Shown: positions 22,451 to 31,500 of the stretch, one piece after another
Layout: each line of letters opens with the position of its first letter
Numbering within the stretch: position 1 is the first letter of the stretch
Notes under the pieces: generated by a model
The model's input: the letters and a program-made list of their open reading frames with translations, nothing else
What the model was told of the DNA's origin: nothing
Databases searched by the model: none
Translations under genes and position numbers: made by a program
Source of the DNA: Pseudothioglobus sp. nBUS_23
GTDB taxonomy: Bacteria; Pseudomonadota; Gammaproteobacteria; PS1; Pseudothioglobaceae
NCBI RefSeq assembly: GCF_051201565.1
Contig: NZ_CP179200.1
Location: 90,001 to 122,000 of the forward strand
Direction: 5' to 3'
DNA: 32,000 nt

Positions 22451-22582
22451 CTAAGGCTTGTTTCTTCTGCATCTCTCACTGCAATATAGAACATGCTCCC
22501 AATCCTTTCTCCATTTCTTTCTCCAGGCAAAGGGCTTTCCACAAGTTTTACACATTTTTTCAGGTTTCATCTTACATTCCAT
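22451..22582 (-). CDS. DUF2256 zinc-ribbon protein
   Basis: [30 protein letters not shown] is the DUF2256 signature. The start is at MECKMKPEK (22582) or MKPEK (22570). The track ORF extends to 22786, but that extension overlaps the MORN gene and is not credible. Confidence 0.8.
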   Translation of the reverse strand: MECKMKPEKMCKTCGKPFAWRKKWRKDWEHVLYCSERCRRNKP

Positions 22583-22604
22583 AAGTTTGAAATATAATTC
22601 TACT

Positions 22605-23390
22605 ATGAAAAGAAAATTCATAGTGGCGCTATCCATTATTTTAGTTCCCGGCATATCATGCGCTAGTTTTAATGATGCATATCTTGAAAATATAAATGAC
22701 GTTGTCCTAATGGAGTTTTCTGATGGGAGTCTATACAGAGGACAGGTAGAAGAATGTCTTATTGGCTTTGATGTGGAATCTTGCATGCATGGAAAAGGAA
22801 TTTATGCCTTCAAAGCAGGCTCAAAATATGTTGGTGAATTCGCCAATAACAAGCCAAGTGGCCAAGGATTTTTCAAACATGTCAACGGCCAAAGCTATGA
22901 AGGTGACTTTCACGATGGAATGATTGAAGGCTATGGAGTTATGATTTATCCAAATGGTTTAAGTTATGCAGGCAGCTATCGAAAGAATAAACGTGAAGGC
23001 TTTGGCATTATGACATTCAATGATGCGGGCATTTATCAACAAAATAGTCGCTATGAAGGATCATGGAAAAATGACAGAGCGAACGGGACTGGTTTTTTTA
23101 GTTATGTTGATGGGCAGACCTATACTGGAAACTTTGTAAACGGGATTATGTCTGGGCAAGGAATTATGGTCTATCCTGATGGAAGGAGATATGAAGGCGG
23201 GTTTCTCAATAACCAGCGCAATGGCTATGGAGTTATGATATATCAGGATGGTGCAAAGTATCAGGAAGGCAGTCGTTATGAAGGTGAGTGGCTAAATGAC
23301 ATGCGTCATGGTAAAGGCGAGATGATTTATTTAAATGATGGGCGAAGATTAAGAGGATTATTTAAAGAGAATGCTTTTGTTGGAAGTTAG
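22605..23390 (+). CDS. MORN repeat protein with signal peptide
   Basis: There are about nine consecutive MORN units ([120 protein letters not shown]). The start was moved to [20 protein letters not shown] at 22605. Confidence 0.85.
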   Translation: MKRKFIVALSIILVPGISCASFNDAYLENINDVVLMEFSDGSLYRGQVEECLIGFDVESCMHGKGIYAFKAGSKYVGEFANNKPSGQGFFKHVNGQSYEGDFHDGMIEGYGVMIYPNGLSYAGSYRKNKREGFGIMTFNDAGIYQQNSRYEGSWKNDRANGTGFFSYVDGQTYTGNFVNGIMSGQGIMVYPDGRRYEGGFLNNQRNGYGVMIYQDGAKYQEGSRYEGEWLNDMRHGKGEMIYLNDGRRLRGLFKENAFVGS

Positions 23391-23416
23391 CTATTAAAAA
23401 AATTTATAAAACACAA

Positions 23417-23448
23417 TAAAAAAGCCCTCAATAATGAGGGCTTTATTT
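23417..23448. terminator. Bidirectional Rho-independent terminator between convergent MORN and proteorhodopsin genes
   Basis: AAAGCCCTCA-ATAA-TGAGGGCTTT forms a perfect 10-bp stem, flanked by an A-run on the left and a T-rich tract on the right. Confidence 0.8.
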
Positions 23449-23469
23449 AGCTTTAAATCAAGAAGAGTT

Positions 23470-24174
23470 TTAGGCTTCTGATTCTTTAACAGCAACATTC
23501 CAAATAATCAAACCAAATAGGATTTTGTTAACAAAATCCGCAAGGTTATATACGATATTCAGAGTGCCGTTATCTACGGAGCCCATCATGTAGCCGAAAA
23601 TGTATCCTAATGGATAAATTGCCCAGCCAACGAGCACGATAAGTCTCAGCGCATTGAAAGCTGCTTTCACACCAGCATTAGCCTCTGCGGCTTTACTTGC
23701 CTCTCCACCAAAGATTTCCCAGATGATAACAGCCCAACCAATCATACCAATAATGAATCCTAGGCTTGCTGACATAACGCCTGCTTCACCAAGGTAACCA
23801 CCAATGAGCATGACCAGGGTACCTATGAGAAGTCTCCAGAACGAGCTAGAGGAAACTGCAGCACCTACGGCCTTAAGAATAATAAAGAATTCAATCATTA
23901 ATAGAGGCACTGTAATTAGCCAATCAATGTATCGGTAGACAATTGGAGACTGAGCCTCACCAGCGATGAGCGAAGCAACCCAGTAGTCTCTCATGTAGAG
24001 ATAATGAACACCTGCAACTAATGTTACTAGTCCAGCAACTGTCATTGAAAGTCTCCACTCCTTTTTTACTGCCATTCCTTCATAAAAAAAGAACACAGTT
24101 GCAGCAACCATAGCTACAGAGACAATCCAGAAAGAAACGCCGACAAAATCGCCGTCTTGTAAAAAATGTTCCAT
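23470..24174 (-). CDS. Proteorhodopsin (light-driven proton pump, green-tuned type)
   Basis: The C-terminus NLADFVNKILFGLIIWNVAVKES is near-identical to classical proteorhodopsin, with the Schiff-base Lys in DFVNK. RYIDWLITVPLLMIEF provides the D/T/E motif (equivalents of D97, T101, E108) and Leu at the position-105 equivalent. VHYLYM retains the His75 equivalent. The SD AAGGAG lies upstream. Confidence 0.95.
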   Translation of the reverse strand: MEHFLQDGDFVGVSFWIVSVAMVAATVFFFYEGMAVKKEWRLSMTVAGLVTLVAGVHYLYMRDYWVASLIAGEAQSPIVYRYIDWLITVPLLMIEFFIILKAVGAAVSSSSFWRLLIGTLVMLIGGYLGEAGVMSASLGFIIGMIGWAVIIWEIFGGEASKAAEANAGVKAAFNALRLIVLVGWAIYPLGYIFGYMMGSVDNGTLNIVYNLADFVNKILFGLIIWNVAVKESEA

Positions 24175-24394
24175 GCAAAACTCCTTAACTTAAAAGATAA
24201 AAAATTAAATGTTACATGTAGCCCCTTTATCTACAATTGCGGATTATACCAACAAAAAACCAATATAAAAATACACACTAAAAGTAAGGTTTTTATTGAT
24301 GTTTATTCAATTCAAAAATATCTATTTTCATGTGTAAAATCGATCTTAATAAGTAATTGATATTATTATAAAATTTCACTTTGGAGTCATAAAA

Positions 24395-25087
24395 ATGCAG
24401 CTAAAACTGATTTATTTTGACATGCCTTTCTGGCGTGCAGAGATTGCAAGACTATGTTTATTTATCTCAGATATTGAGTTCGAAGATTTTAGAATTACCA
24501 GCGAAGACAATAGTTATCTAAAGGAAAATGGCATGCTAAGTGATGGAACCCTCATTCCATTTAGGCAATTACCTGTTCTAGTGATTGAGGGAGAAAGTAT
24601 TGCCCAAACAGGAGCTATTTCTAGGATTTGTGGGAAGATAGCTGGGATGTATCCAACGGATATTATTGAGGCTGGAAAGGTTGACCAAGTGATTGATACG
24701 GTAACTGACATTAATGTACTTATTAATCCTTCTATGCGAGAAAGTGATCCAGAGCTTAAGAAACGAATGCGTGATGATCTGAGCAGTGATGCTTTGCCAA
24801 AATATTTTGGATATCTAGAAAGGATCCTTGAGGAAAATGATTCTGGCTGGTTTGTAGGGGATGAGATGACAGTTGCAGATATCGCAGTTTGGAGTTTGCT
24901 TGGATGGATTGCACAGGGCGTTCTTGATGGGATACCTCATGATCTGTCAAAGCCTTTTGAAAGGCTTACAAGCCTCTACAATGCAATGGGTAGAATGCCA
25001 AAGGTTCAGGAGTGGAAAAGACTAACCTATGCATATGATCAGTCATCAACTGGCGAGTATAACTACCATGTTCCTGATTCAATTTAG
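24395..25087 (+). CDS. Glutathione S-transferase family protein
   Basis: The N-terminal thioredoxin-like part contains FRQLPVLVIEGESIAQTGAISRICG (the GST cis-Pro and Ser/Thr G-site region), followed by a helical C-terminal domain. A GGAG SD is present. Confidence 0.75.
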   Translation: MQLKLIYFDMPFWRAEIARLCLFISDIEFEDFRITSEDNSYLKENGMLSDGTLIPFRQLPVLVIEGESIAQTGAISRICGKIAGMYPTDIIEAGKVDQVIDTVTDINVLINPSMRESDPELKKRMRDDLSSDALPKYFGYLERILEENDSGWFVGDEMTVADIAVWSLLGWIAQGVLDGIPHDLSKPFERLTSLYNAMGRMPKVQEWKRLTYAYDQSSTGEYNYHVPDSI

Positions 25088-25096
25088 CGATTAATT

Positions 25097-25687
25097 TTAT
25101 CTAGTGTGAAGTGAGTATTTTTCGAAGCCTATGTCGCCAGACCATCGCCATGCGGTAAAGACGAATGAGTTAGTGGTTATTGAAGTATGAAGAACGCTAG
25201 AGGGGTGATAAATGTAGGTATTTGGCCCTTGAACTTTTGACTCATTCGATTCAGTTGTCCACGAAGCTTCTCCATTAAAAATGAAAAATGTTTCCTCGGC
25301 TGCATGCTGTCTCGGTCCATAGACAATGTTTTTATTCTGAAGCCACAGACCGACACGAACAGTGTCATTGAAAAAAATACCATCAGGTCCCACTAGTTCA
25401 GCCATCGGCATCTGATTTGCCAAATCATCCGGTATTCTCCCTTCCCTTAAATCAGAACTAGTCCACTTAATATTCGGAGATGCTTTTAAAACCAGACTGT
25501 TTAAAAAGTGACCTTGTATGTTGAGACTAGATTCAACTTCATCTAAAAATGGGTTTGTAAATGTTTTAGGCTCTTTTATTTGATGACTAGCATCAATAAG
25601 TGCATCTGCTGCTTGCTTGCCGCCTTTACGGTCTTCCAAATTAAATATTTCTGATAGAGACAAATATAGCTGCTTTAATGGCTCCAT
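25097..25687 (-). CDS. Cupin-fold protein resembling the DMSP-lyase (DddL/Q/W, PF16867) family, with atypical active-site residues
   Basis: YGPRQHAAEETFFIFNGEASW resembles the family motif YP.H.H.AEE.Y.vl.GeA.W. Here the first His is not conserved and Phe replaces the motif Tyr. A second cupin His lies in YHPSSVLHT. The gene starts 6 nt downstream of the Rieske gene. Confidence 0.5.
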   Translation of the reverse strand: MEPLKQLYLSLSEIFNLEDRKGGKQAADALIDASHQIKEPKTFTNPFLDEVESSLNIQGHFLNSLVLKASPNIKWTSSDLREGRIPDDLANQMPMAELVGPDGIFFNDTVRVGLWLQNKNIVYGPRQHAAEETFFIFNGEASWTTESNESKVQGPNTYIYHPSSVLHTSITTNSFVFTAWRWSGDIGFEKYSLHTR

Positions 25688-25693
25688 TACAAA

Positions 25694-26872
25694 CTAGGCC
25701 GTTATTTTTGAAAGATACTTCGTGAACTGCCACAGATTTTTTTCAATAGGATGGTAAGTCCCTTGAGGCACTCTTACAGATTGACTTCCTTGAAAGAGCC
25801 TTTCAACAAGTACTCTGTCTTCTTCATTTGCTGTATTCATGTAATCTATTTTTTCCTTAACCCATCTCTCATAATCTTCCTCAGCAATATCATTAAGTAT
25901 TTCTTGAGGGACTGCCACCCCCCAGGTTGCCTTAAAGCTACCAACACCATTAGGCATTACTGAGACCCACCAAAGATAATCTGGCATCAGGGTAACGAGA
26001 TGATTTGGAAAGACACAGAAGTCAACCATGGTTCGACGCCACTTACCTTTGAGGTTTGTGTTGAGTGGATGAGCTGCACCTGATCCCTCTTCTAATTCTT
26101 GAGGCGCAAAGTGGTAGCAGTAATGATCACTATCTTCACCGCACTCATAATCTTTGATTTGTTTTTCATGGCCCGCAAAAGTTTTAGGATGGGCAATAGG
26201 AACATGATAACTTTCAGTAAAGTTTTCAACTAGATTTTTCCAGTTTGCATTCCAGCACATGCTCTCCCTAATTACTGTTTTATAGCTAGCCATCTCGTAT
26301 CGACCAACAATATTTTTCTTGAGTGCATCTAGCGACTTGGCTATACCTTTTTTTGGCTTCTTTGACAGAGATACGTAAATAAAACCCTCCCAGATTTCAG
26401 TATGAAGTCTTTCTAAATTATGATCACTCATAATAAAGTTTGATTTCATATCCATGAATGGGGCATGTTTTAATTGACCATCTATTCCATAAGTCCATGC
26501 ATGATTTGGACATGAGAATGCAAACGCGTGACCTGATTTTTCTTTTGACAGACATGTAAACCTATGGGCACAGGCGTTAACAAAACTCATGATTTCACCA
26601 GAATCTTGACGAACAATAAGCACAGGAGTCCCAGCAATCTCATGGGTCAGGAAGTCACCAGTTAATGGAATCTCATCACAACGACCAATGCAAATCCACT
26701 CCTGATTGAAGATTCTATCCTGCTCATGATTATAGAAATGAATCGAGTGATTATTACTAGGAGGGATTGGAGATGATTCTTCAAAAGGTTGAGATGAGCA
26801 TTCTTGAAGGCTACTAAGAGACTCATTAAGAGACTTATTAGTGTAAGTATTTAGAACAGGCTCTATCTTCAT
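25694..26872 (-). CDS. Rieske [2Fe-2S] non-heme iron oxygenase, alpha subunit
   Basis: The Rieske motif is CAHRFTCLSKEKSGHAFAFSCPNHAWTY (C-x-H-x17-C-x2-H). The mononuclear iron motif is NLVENFTESYHVPIAHP. Confidence 0.85.
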   Translation of the reverse strand: MKIEPVLNTYTNKSLNESLSSLQECSSQPFEESSPIPPSNNHSIHFYNHEQDRIFNQEWICIGRCDEIPLTGDFLTHEIAGTPVLIVRQDSGEIMSFVNACAHRFTCLSKEKSGHAFAFSCPNHAWTYGIDGQLKHAPFMDMKSNFIMSDHNLERLHTEIWEGFIYVSLSKKPKKGIAKSLDALKKNIVGRYEMASYKTVIRESMCWNANWKNLVENFTESYHVPIAHPKTFAGHEKQIKDYECGEDSDHYCYHFAPQELEEGSGAAHPLNTNLKGKWRRTMVDFCVFPNHLVTLMPDYLWWVSVMPNGVGSFKATWGVAVPQEILNDIAEEDYERWVKEKIDYMNTANEEDRVLVERLFQGSQSVRVPQGTYHPIEKNLWQFTKYLSKITA

Positions 26873-26939
26873 GAAAAAATTGTATCATGAAAGAAAACTC
26901 TGTCAATAAGACAGAAAATTAGTTTACTTTGATAAAGCT

Positions 26940-27305
26940 TTAGCTATCCCAAACTGCAAATGACTTGCCTTGATTATTAAATTCATAACCAATAAATGCT
27001 TCATCACTGATGACTTCTCCATCATGACCCGGTGAAATAGAGTAAACATCACCAGCTTTAATAGTCATTTCTGTTCCATCATCATGAGTCACTCTCATAC
27101 TGCCTTGAACACATGTACCTAAATGACCAGCTTGACAGCTCTCACCACCAACATGTGGTTTGATGCATTCAGACCATGTCCAACCAGGTTGCGCAGTTAC
27201 TTTGACAGCCTTGATCGTTCCAAACTCAAGAATTTCTGCTCGAGTTTTATCCGGCGCAACAAGATCATCAGGCTTGTCGAATGATTTCTTCACTAAGTTT
27301 GCCAT
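26940..27305 (-). CDS. Small cupin domain protein
   Basis: The 121-aa product has a beta-rich pattern (GHLGTCVQGSMRVTHDDGTEMTIKAGDVYSISPGHDGEV) typical of cupin_2. A strong SD (AAGGAGAG) lies upstream. Confidence 0.65.
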   Translation of the reverse strand: MANLVKKSFDKPDDLVAPDKTRAEILEFGTIKAVKVTAQPGWTWSECIKPHVGGESCQAGHLGTCVQGSMRVTHDDGTEMTIKAGDVYSISPGHDGEVISDEAFIGYEFNNQGKSFAVWDS

Positions 27306-27357
27306 TTTCTCTCCTTTATATTATTATGCAAGTTAACTTTAACATATTAGGGACAAA

Positions 27358-27885
27358 ATGAAAAAAATATTAGCATTAATCATTCTTTCTTTTTGTGGAT
27401 TAACTTATGCAGATGGCAACAATGATTGGCAGAATATAGATGAGAATATTATTAAATTAAACTCATTAAACAGTTGCCAGGGGTGTCTTTTAAGAAACAC
27501 AAATTTTATTGGGGCAGATCTAAATAATGCATTTCTTTCAGGTGCCGACTTTATATCGGCAGACCTTTCAAATGCAAATCTCTATAATGCAAATCTAGAG
27601 GGCTCTAGTCTTTTTGGCGCAAAATTAAATGGTTCAAACCTCAAAAATGCAAATCTTTTCGGCTCTAATCTTTTTGCAGTAAACTTAGATGGCGCCAACC
27701 TAGCTGGTGCAAATCTCATTGAGGCAGATTTAAGCCTTTCGAGTTTAAACGGTGTTAATTTTACCCAAGCTAATTTGACTAATGCTAATTTGAGAGGTGC
27801 AGAGTTGAGCGATGCAATTTTAGATGGCGCTTTTCTATGCAACACATTAATGCCTTGGGGTATTGACAATTCATCCTGCCAGTAA
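27358..27885 (+). CDS. Pentapeptide repeat protein with signal peptide
   Basis: About 20 consecutive A(D/N)LxX pentads are present (GADLNNAFLSGADFISADLSNANLYNANLEGSSLFGAKLNGSNLKNANL...). The N-terminus MKKILALIILSFCGLTYA is a signal peptide. Confidence 0.9.
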   Translation: MKKILALIILSFCGLTYADGNNDWQNIDENIIKLNSLNSCQGCLLRNTNFIGADLNNAFLSGADFISADLSNANLYNANLEGSSLFGAKLNGSNLKNANLFGSNLFAVNLDGANLAGANLIEADLSLSSLNGVNFTQANLTNANLRGAELSDAILDGAFLCNTLMPWGIDNSSCQ

Positions 27886-27898
27886 AAGCTAAATTAAC

Positions 27899-28672
27899 TT
27901 ATTGAAGCGATTTTGAGTCGTTTAGGTAAGGAAGCTTTTCTCGTACTAAGTTGATTTGATCAGTATCAATCTTCGCAAAGATTAGTTTTTCGCCGATATT
28001 TGCGTTTGCAATATCTATACCATTGGGGCCAATAATTTTGCTTTCGCCAATAAAGTTGATGCCATTTAATTGTCCAGTTGAGTTGGCATAAGCCACAAAT
28101 ATTCCGTTCTCAAACGCCCTCGTTCTGCAATTATGAAGAGCAGCTGCTGGCCAATGTGACGACTGTCCAGTTGGGGCTATAATTAATTCAACACCCTCAA
28201 GAGCCAAATCTCTAATTAGTTCAGGAAACTCTAGTTCATAACAAATAACGATGGCTGATTTGATTCCCTTTATTGAAAAGATTGAGCTATCTTTACCAGG
28301 AGTAAATATTTTCGACTCATCTGCTGTTAGCGGCAGAAGTTTTTTTCGATGATTGGCTAGCGATAGACCTTCGCTATCAAAAAGCTGAGCAGAGTTATAT
28401 AGTTGATTATTAGATATTTCAGGGTATCCATAGATAATCGCTGTAGAAGATTTCTTGGCAAGAGTGCTTATTTTTTTAGCGTATTTGCCGTCATGATTCT
28501 CACTAAATTTGTTAATATTATCAAGGCTTCCATATCCTGAAATAAAGAGTTCAGGACAGACAACTAGGTCTAATTTATCATTCCTATTTAAATGACTCTC
28601 TAGTCTATTAATTTTTTCGAAGGGATTTTCATCCTGCATTTCATATTGGAAAATACCGATATTAAGTTTCAT
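27899..28672 (-). CDS. Carbon-nitrogen hydrolase (nitrilase superfamily) protein
   Basis: The E-K-C triad contexts are VVCPELFISGY, HRKKLLP and AIVICYELEFPE. The start was moved to MKLNIGIFQYEM at 28672 (AGGAA SD). The track ORF extends to 28780. Confidence 0.85.
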   Translation of the reverse strand: MKLNIGIFQYEMQDENPFEKINRLESHLNRNDKLDLVVCPELFISGYGSLDNINKFSENHDGKYAKKISTLAKKSSTAIIYGYPEISNNQLYNSAQLFDSEGLSLANHRKKLLPLTADESKIFTPGKDSSIFSIKGIKSAIVICYELEFPELIRDLALEGVELIIAPTGQSSHWPAAALHNCRTRAFENGIFVAYANSTGQLNGINFIGESKIIGPNGIDIANANIGEKLIFAKIDTDQINLVREKLPYLNDSKSLQ

Positions 28673-28913
28673 TTTTATTCCTACCACTACGAATTTTTTT
28701 GATCCATTTGTAAGGTCTAAATACAATCCAGTATAACCATACTGGGGCGCCAACAATATAAAAGATATGCCAGTACACATTTAAGAAATCAAACCATCCG
28801 AGGATGATTTGATTGTTGAGCTTTGAATAGGTCGTTGCTATAAAAAATGAAAATAAAAGCCATCCAAAACTCAAATAAAGATTGACTCTTGTTTTTAATG
28901 AGAACTTTAACAT
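28662..28913 (-). CDS. Small 2-TM membrane protein, overlapping the CN-hydrolase start by 11 nt
   Basis: The 83-aa product has two hydrophobic segments and a basic tail (KWIKKIRSGRNKNET). No family is recognised. Confidence 0.5.
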   Translation of the reverse strand: MLKFSLKTRVNLYLSFGWLLFSFFIATTYSKLNNQIILGWFDFLNVYWHIFYIVGAPVWLYWIVFRPYKWIKKIRSGRNKNET

Positions 28914-28982
28914 ATCAAATAAATATACTTTATAAGACTCAACATAACTATAATTTACCTTCTAAATTTATAGGAACTATCG

Positions 28983-29990
28983 ATGGTTAAAACAGTTCAA
29001 ATTTCTGAAAAAGAAGCTTGGGATTTGGCATTTAATGCCCTAGTCAATAATAAGACATCTGAAGATAATGCAAAAGAGGTGGCTGATGCACTTATCAGCG
29101 CTGAGTTTGATGGACAGTCTGGTCATGGCTTATCAAGAATACCCTCTTATGTCGAGCAACTGACATCGGGCAAAGTGAATGGAAATGAAGCGCCTTCAAT
29201 TCTCAGCTCTAATGGAAGTGTAATAAGGATCGATGCTAATAATGGTTTTGCTTACCCTGCGATATCCTTGGCTCTTAAAGAGATTACTTCAACCTGTAAA
29301 AAATTTGGTATTGCAGCGGCAAGTATTTCTCGCTCTCATCATTTTGGCCAAGCAGGAAGACATGTTGAGATCTTAGCTGAGAACGGACTCATTGGCCTAA
29401 TGTTTGGAAATACGCCTAAGGCTATTCCGCCATGGGGCGGGACAAAAGCTTTATTTGGAACTAATCCTATTGCCTTTTCTACGCCACGTGAACATGAGGC
29501 GCCGCTCGTTATTGATATGAGCCTGAGCAAGGTGGCTCGGGGAAAAGTCATGGTTGCAAATCAGCAAAATGAAAAAATTCCTGAGGGCTGGGCGATTGAT
29601 AGTGATGGCAAACCAACGACAGATCCAAAGAAGGCTTTAGCTGGAGCGATGCTCCCAATAGGAGATGCAAAAGGAAGTGCACTAGCTTTAATGGTTGAAA
29701 TATTAGCTGCAGGATTAACTGGATCTAACTTTGGTTTTGAGGCTAGCTCTTTTCTTAACGCCGAAGGTGATTCACCAGGCGTTGGTCAGCTTATTATTGC
29801 AATTGATCCTAGCTTCTTTTCGGGCGAGCGATTCTCAGAAAGAACTGAAACCATTGTTGATTCTATTCTTGAGCAGCCTTCAACTAGGTTGCCTGGCAAT
29901 AAGAGATTAGAAAAAAGAAAACTGCGCGTTAGTTCGCAAAGCATAACCATTTCAAAAGAACTCTTTGAGAAGATAAGTGATTTAACCTAA
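28983..29990 (+). CDS. Ldh_2 family (malate/L-lactate/ureidoglycolate/sulfolactate-type) NAD(P)H-dependent dehydrogenase
   Basis: DGQSGHGLSRIPSYVEQL and GTNPIAFSTP...DMSLSKVARGKV are typical conserved blocks of PF02615. Confidence 0.8.
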   Translation: MVKTVQISEKEAWDLAFNALVNNKTSEDNAKEVADALISAEFDGQSGHGLSRIPSYVEQLTSGKVNGNEAPSILSSNGSVIRIDANNGFAYPAISLALKEITSTCKKFGIAAASISRSHHFGQAGRHVEILAENGLIGLMFGNTPKAIPPWGGTKALFGTNPIAFSTPREHEAPLVIDMSLSKVARGKVMVANQQNEKIPEGWAIDSDGKPTTDPKKALAGAMLPIGDAKGSALALMVEILAAGLTGSNFGFEASSFLNAEGDSPGVGQLIIAIDPSFFSGERFSERTETIVDSILEQPSTRLPGNKRLEKRKLRVSSQSITISKELFEKISDLT

Positions 29991-30049
29991 ATTAGCCTTT
30001 CCTTTGGTTATCACAGACTAGCTAGTTCTTGTCTTTTATGGCGGCTGAG

Positions 30050-30766
30050 TTAGCTTAGGGCTGATCTTCCGCCATCAACCCCAATTATTTGCCCTGTCAC
30101 CCAAGCACTCTCGTCACTCAGAAGAAACTTCGCAAGCGCTGCTGAGTCTTTTCCTTCGCCCAGCCTCTTTAGAGGGTGCGCCTTAGCAAGTGCCTCAGCA
30201 ACCACTTCACTTTTAAGCATTGACTGAGAAATTTTTGAATCAGTCAGACTTGGGGCTATGCAGTTGACGCGAATAGTTGGGGCAAACTCCGCAGCAAGGG
30301 TAACCGTTAAGCCCTCAATAGCAGCTTTTGCTGAAGCAATTATCGTATGATTTGTGAAGCCTTTTTGTGCTGCGACAGAGGAGAATAGTACGATTGATCC
30401 ATGATTATTTTTTAGATTATCTTGAAAGCCTTGAATCGCCTCGATTGCAGAATAAAGATTAAGTTTCATACATTTATTCATATCAGATTCAGTAACTCTT
30501 TTTAATGGTTTAAGGTCAATTGAACCAATACAGTATGCAAGTCCCTTAATAATATTATCAGAGACATCAGATTTAATTTGGTCAATAAAACCATCCTCTA
30601 AAACATCCGCAACAGTGAAGCTAAATCCAAGTTTTTCAGAAAGGGCTTTGAGCTCATCTTCATTTCTAGAAATAAGGTGTGCTTCTTGATTTGAATCTTT
30701 AAGTTGTTGAGCAAGACTAGAGCCTATAGATCCAGTTGCACCAAAAATAAGATATTTATCTGACAT
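30050..30766 (-). CDS. Short-chain dehydrogenase/reductase family protein with atypical active site
   Basis: The Rossmann motif is IFGATGSIGSSLAQQL. SSVAAQKGFTNHTIIASAKAA aligns to the SDR S...YxxxK block, but Ile occupies the Tyr position. IRVNCIAPS is also present. Confidence 0.75.
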   Translation of the reverse strand: MSDKYLIFGATGSIGSSLAQQLKDSNQEAHLISRNEDELKALSEKLGFSFTVADVLEDGFIDQIKSDVSDNIIKGLAYCIGSIDLKPLKRVTESDMNKCMKLNLYSAIEAIQGFQDNLKNNHGSIVLFSSVAAQKGFTNHTIIASAKAAIEGLTVTLAAEFAPTIRVNCIAPSLTDSKISQSMLKSEVVAEALAKAHPLKRLGEGKDSAALAKFLLSDESAWVTGQIIGVDGGRSALS

Positions 30767-30899
30767 ATATACTACTATTTTTAAAAAATAATTTTCATTT
30801 TACTTATGACCTCTTAATGAAGATGTAATTTAGATGTGATTTAAGTGTTTATTTTGTTTATACTTTAACGTTTATTTATTCATACTCCTTCCTAAATCT

Positions 30900-31472
30900 A
30901 TGAAAAAAATAGTCCCTATATTATTGCTTTTAGTTGGATTGGTTTCGCCTATATATGCAGAAAAAGAGGTTGCTGATAGAGCAATTAGATGCTCAGCTCT
31001 TATTTATATTGAGCTCATAAGACCTGAAATGGCAGGCCTAACTGCGGGTGAGGCATTAATGAATAGAGTCTATGCTTATCATATGATTGATGATAATGAG
31101 GATTTGGAAATGACCAATGGTCAAATTACTGAAGCTCAGACAGATGCTATAACAAAGCTCACTCAAGAATACATTCAAGGCGTAAATCTTGCTGAGGAAT
31201 ATAGAGGGTGCATTTACTGGATGACTGATGTCGCAAAATTTATTAATATTAGTGAGTATGTGGCTACTGAGGACAGTACTGAGGAATCTGATGCTGCTGA
31301 GATGGAGTTATTTCTTTCAGCCCCAACTGAAACCACTGTTACTTCATTCAAAAACCCTATCAAAACATGGGGGCAACAGGTTGATTTAGGTTTTGTCGCA
31401 TGGGCATCACAGGAATTAGAGGTGCCTTACAAAGAAGCTATTCTTTTAAAAGTCAGTGAAAAATTTGAGTAG
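30900..31472 (+). CDS. Hypothetical secreted protein
   Basis: The signal peptide is MKKIVPILLLLVGLVSPIYA, and the central region is acidic. No family is recognised. Confidence 0.55.
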   Translation: MKKIVPILLLLVGLVSPIYAEKEVADRAIRCSALIYIELIRPEMAGLTAGEALMNRVYAYHMIDDNEDLEMTNGQITEAQTDAITKLTQEYIQGVNLAEEYRGCIYWMTDVAKFINISEYVATEDSTEESDAAEMELFLSAPTETTVTSFKNPIKTWGQQVDLGFVAWASQELEVPYKEAILLKVSEKFE

Positions 31473-31500
31473 AATTTGATGACTAATACTAAGATTTATA

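Noticed and set aside
22583-22786. Long N-terminal extensions of the DUF2256 ORF (to 22786) and of the MORN ORF (from 22458), which overlap each other.
   Set aside because: Internal starts at 22582/22570 and at 22605 give a family-typical short zinc-ribbon protein and a clean signal peptide. The extensions are mutually overlapping antisense read-through.
24166-24360. 64-aa + strand ORF in the proteorhodopsin/GST divergent intergenic region.
   Set aside because: It overlaps the proteorhodopsin start codon region, is very AT-rich and low in complexity, and has no RBS. The region is more likely promoter DNA.
27582-27869. 95-aa antisense ORF inside the pentapeptide repeat gene.
   Set aside because: It is an artefact of the periodic repeat sequence. 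The sense frame has a signal peptide and a canonical pentapeptide pattern.
27899-28780. 36-aa N-terminal extension of the CN-hydrolase ORF.
   Set aside because: The Met at 28672 has an AGGAA SD and matches the usual start of nitrilase-family proteins (MKLNIG..). The extension overlaps the upstream small membrane ORF.
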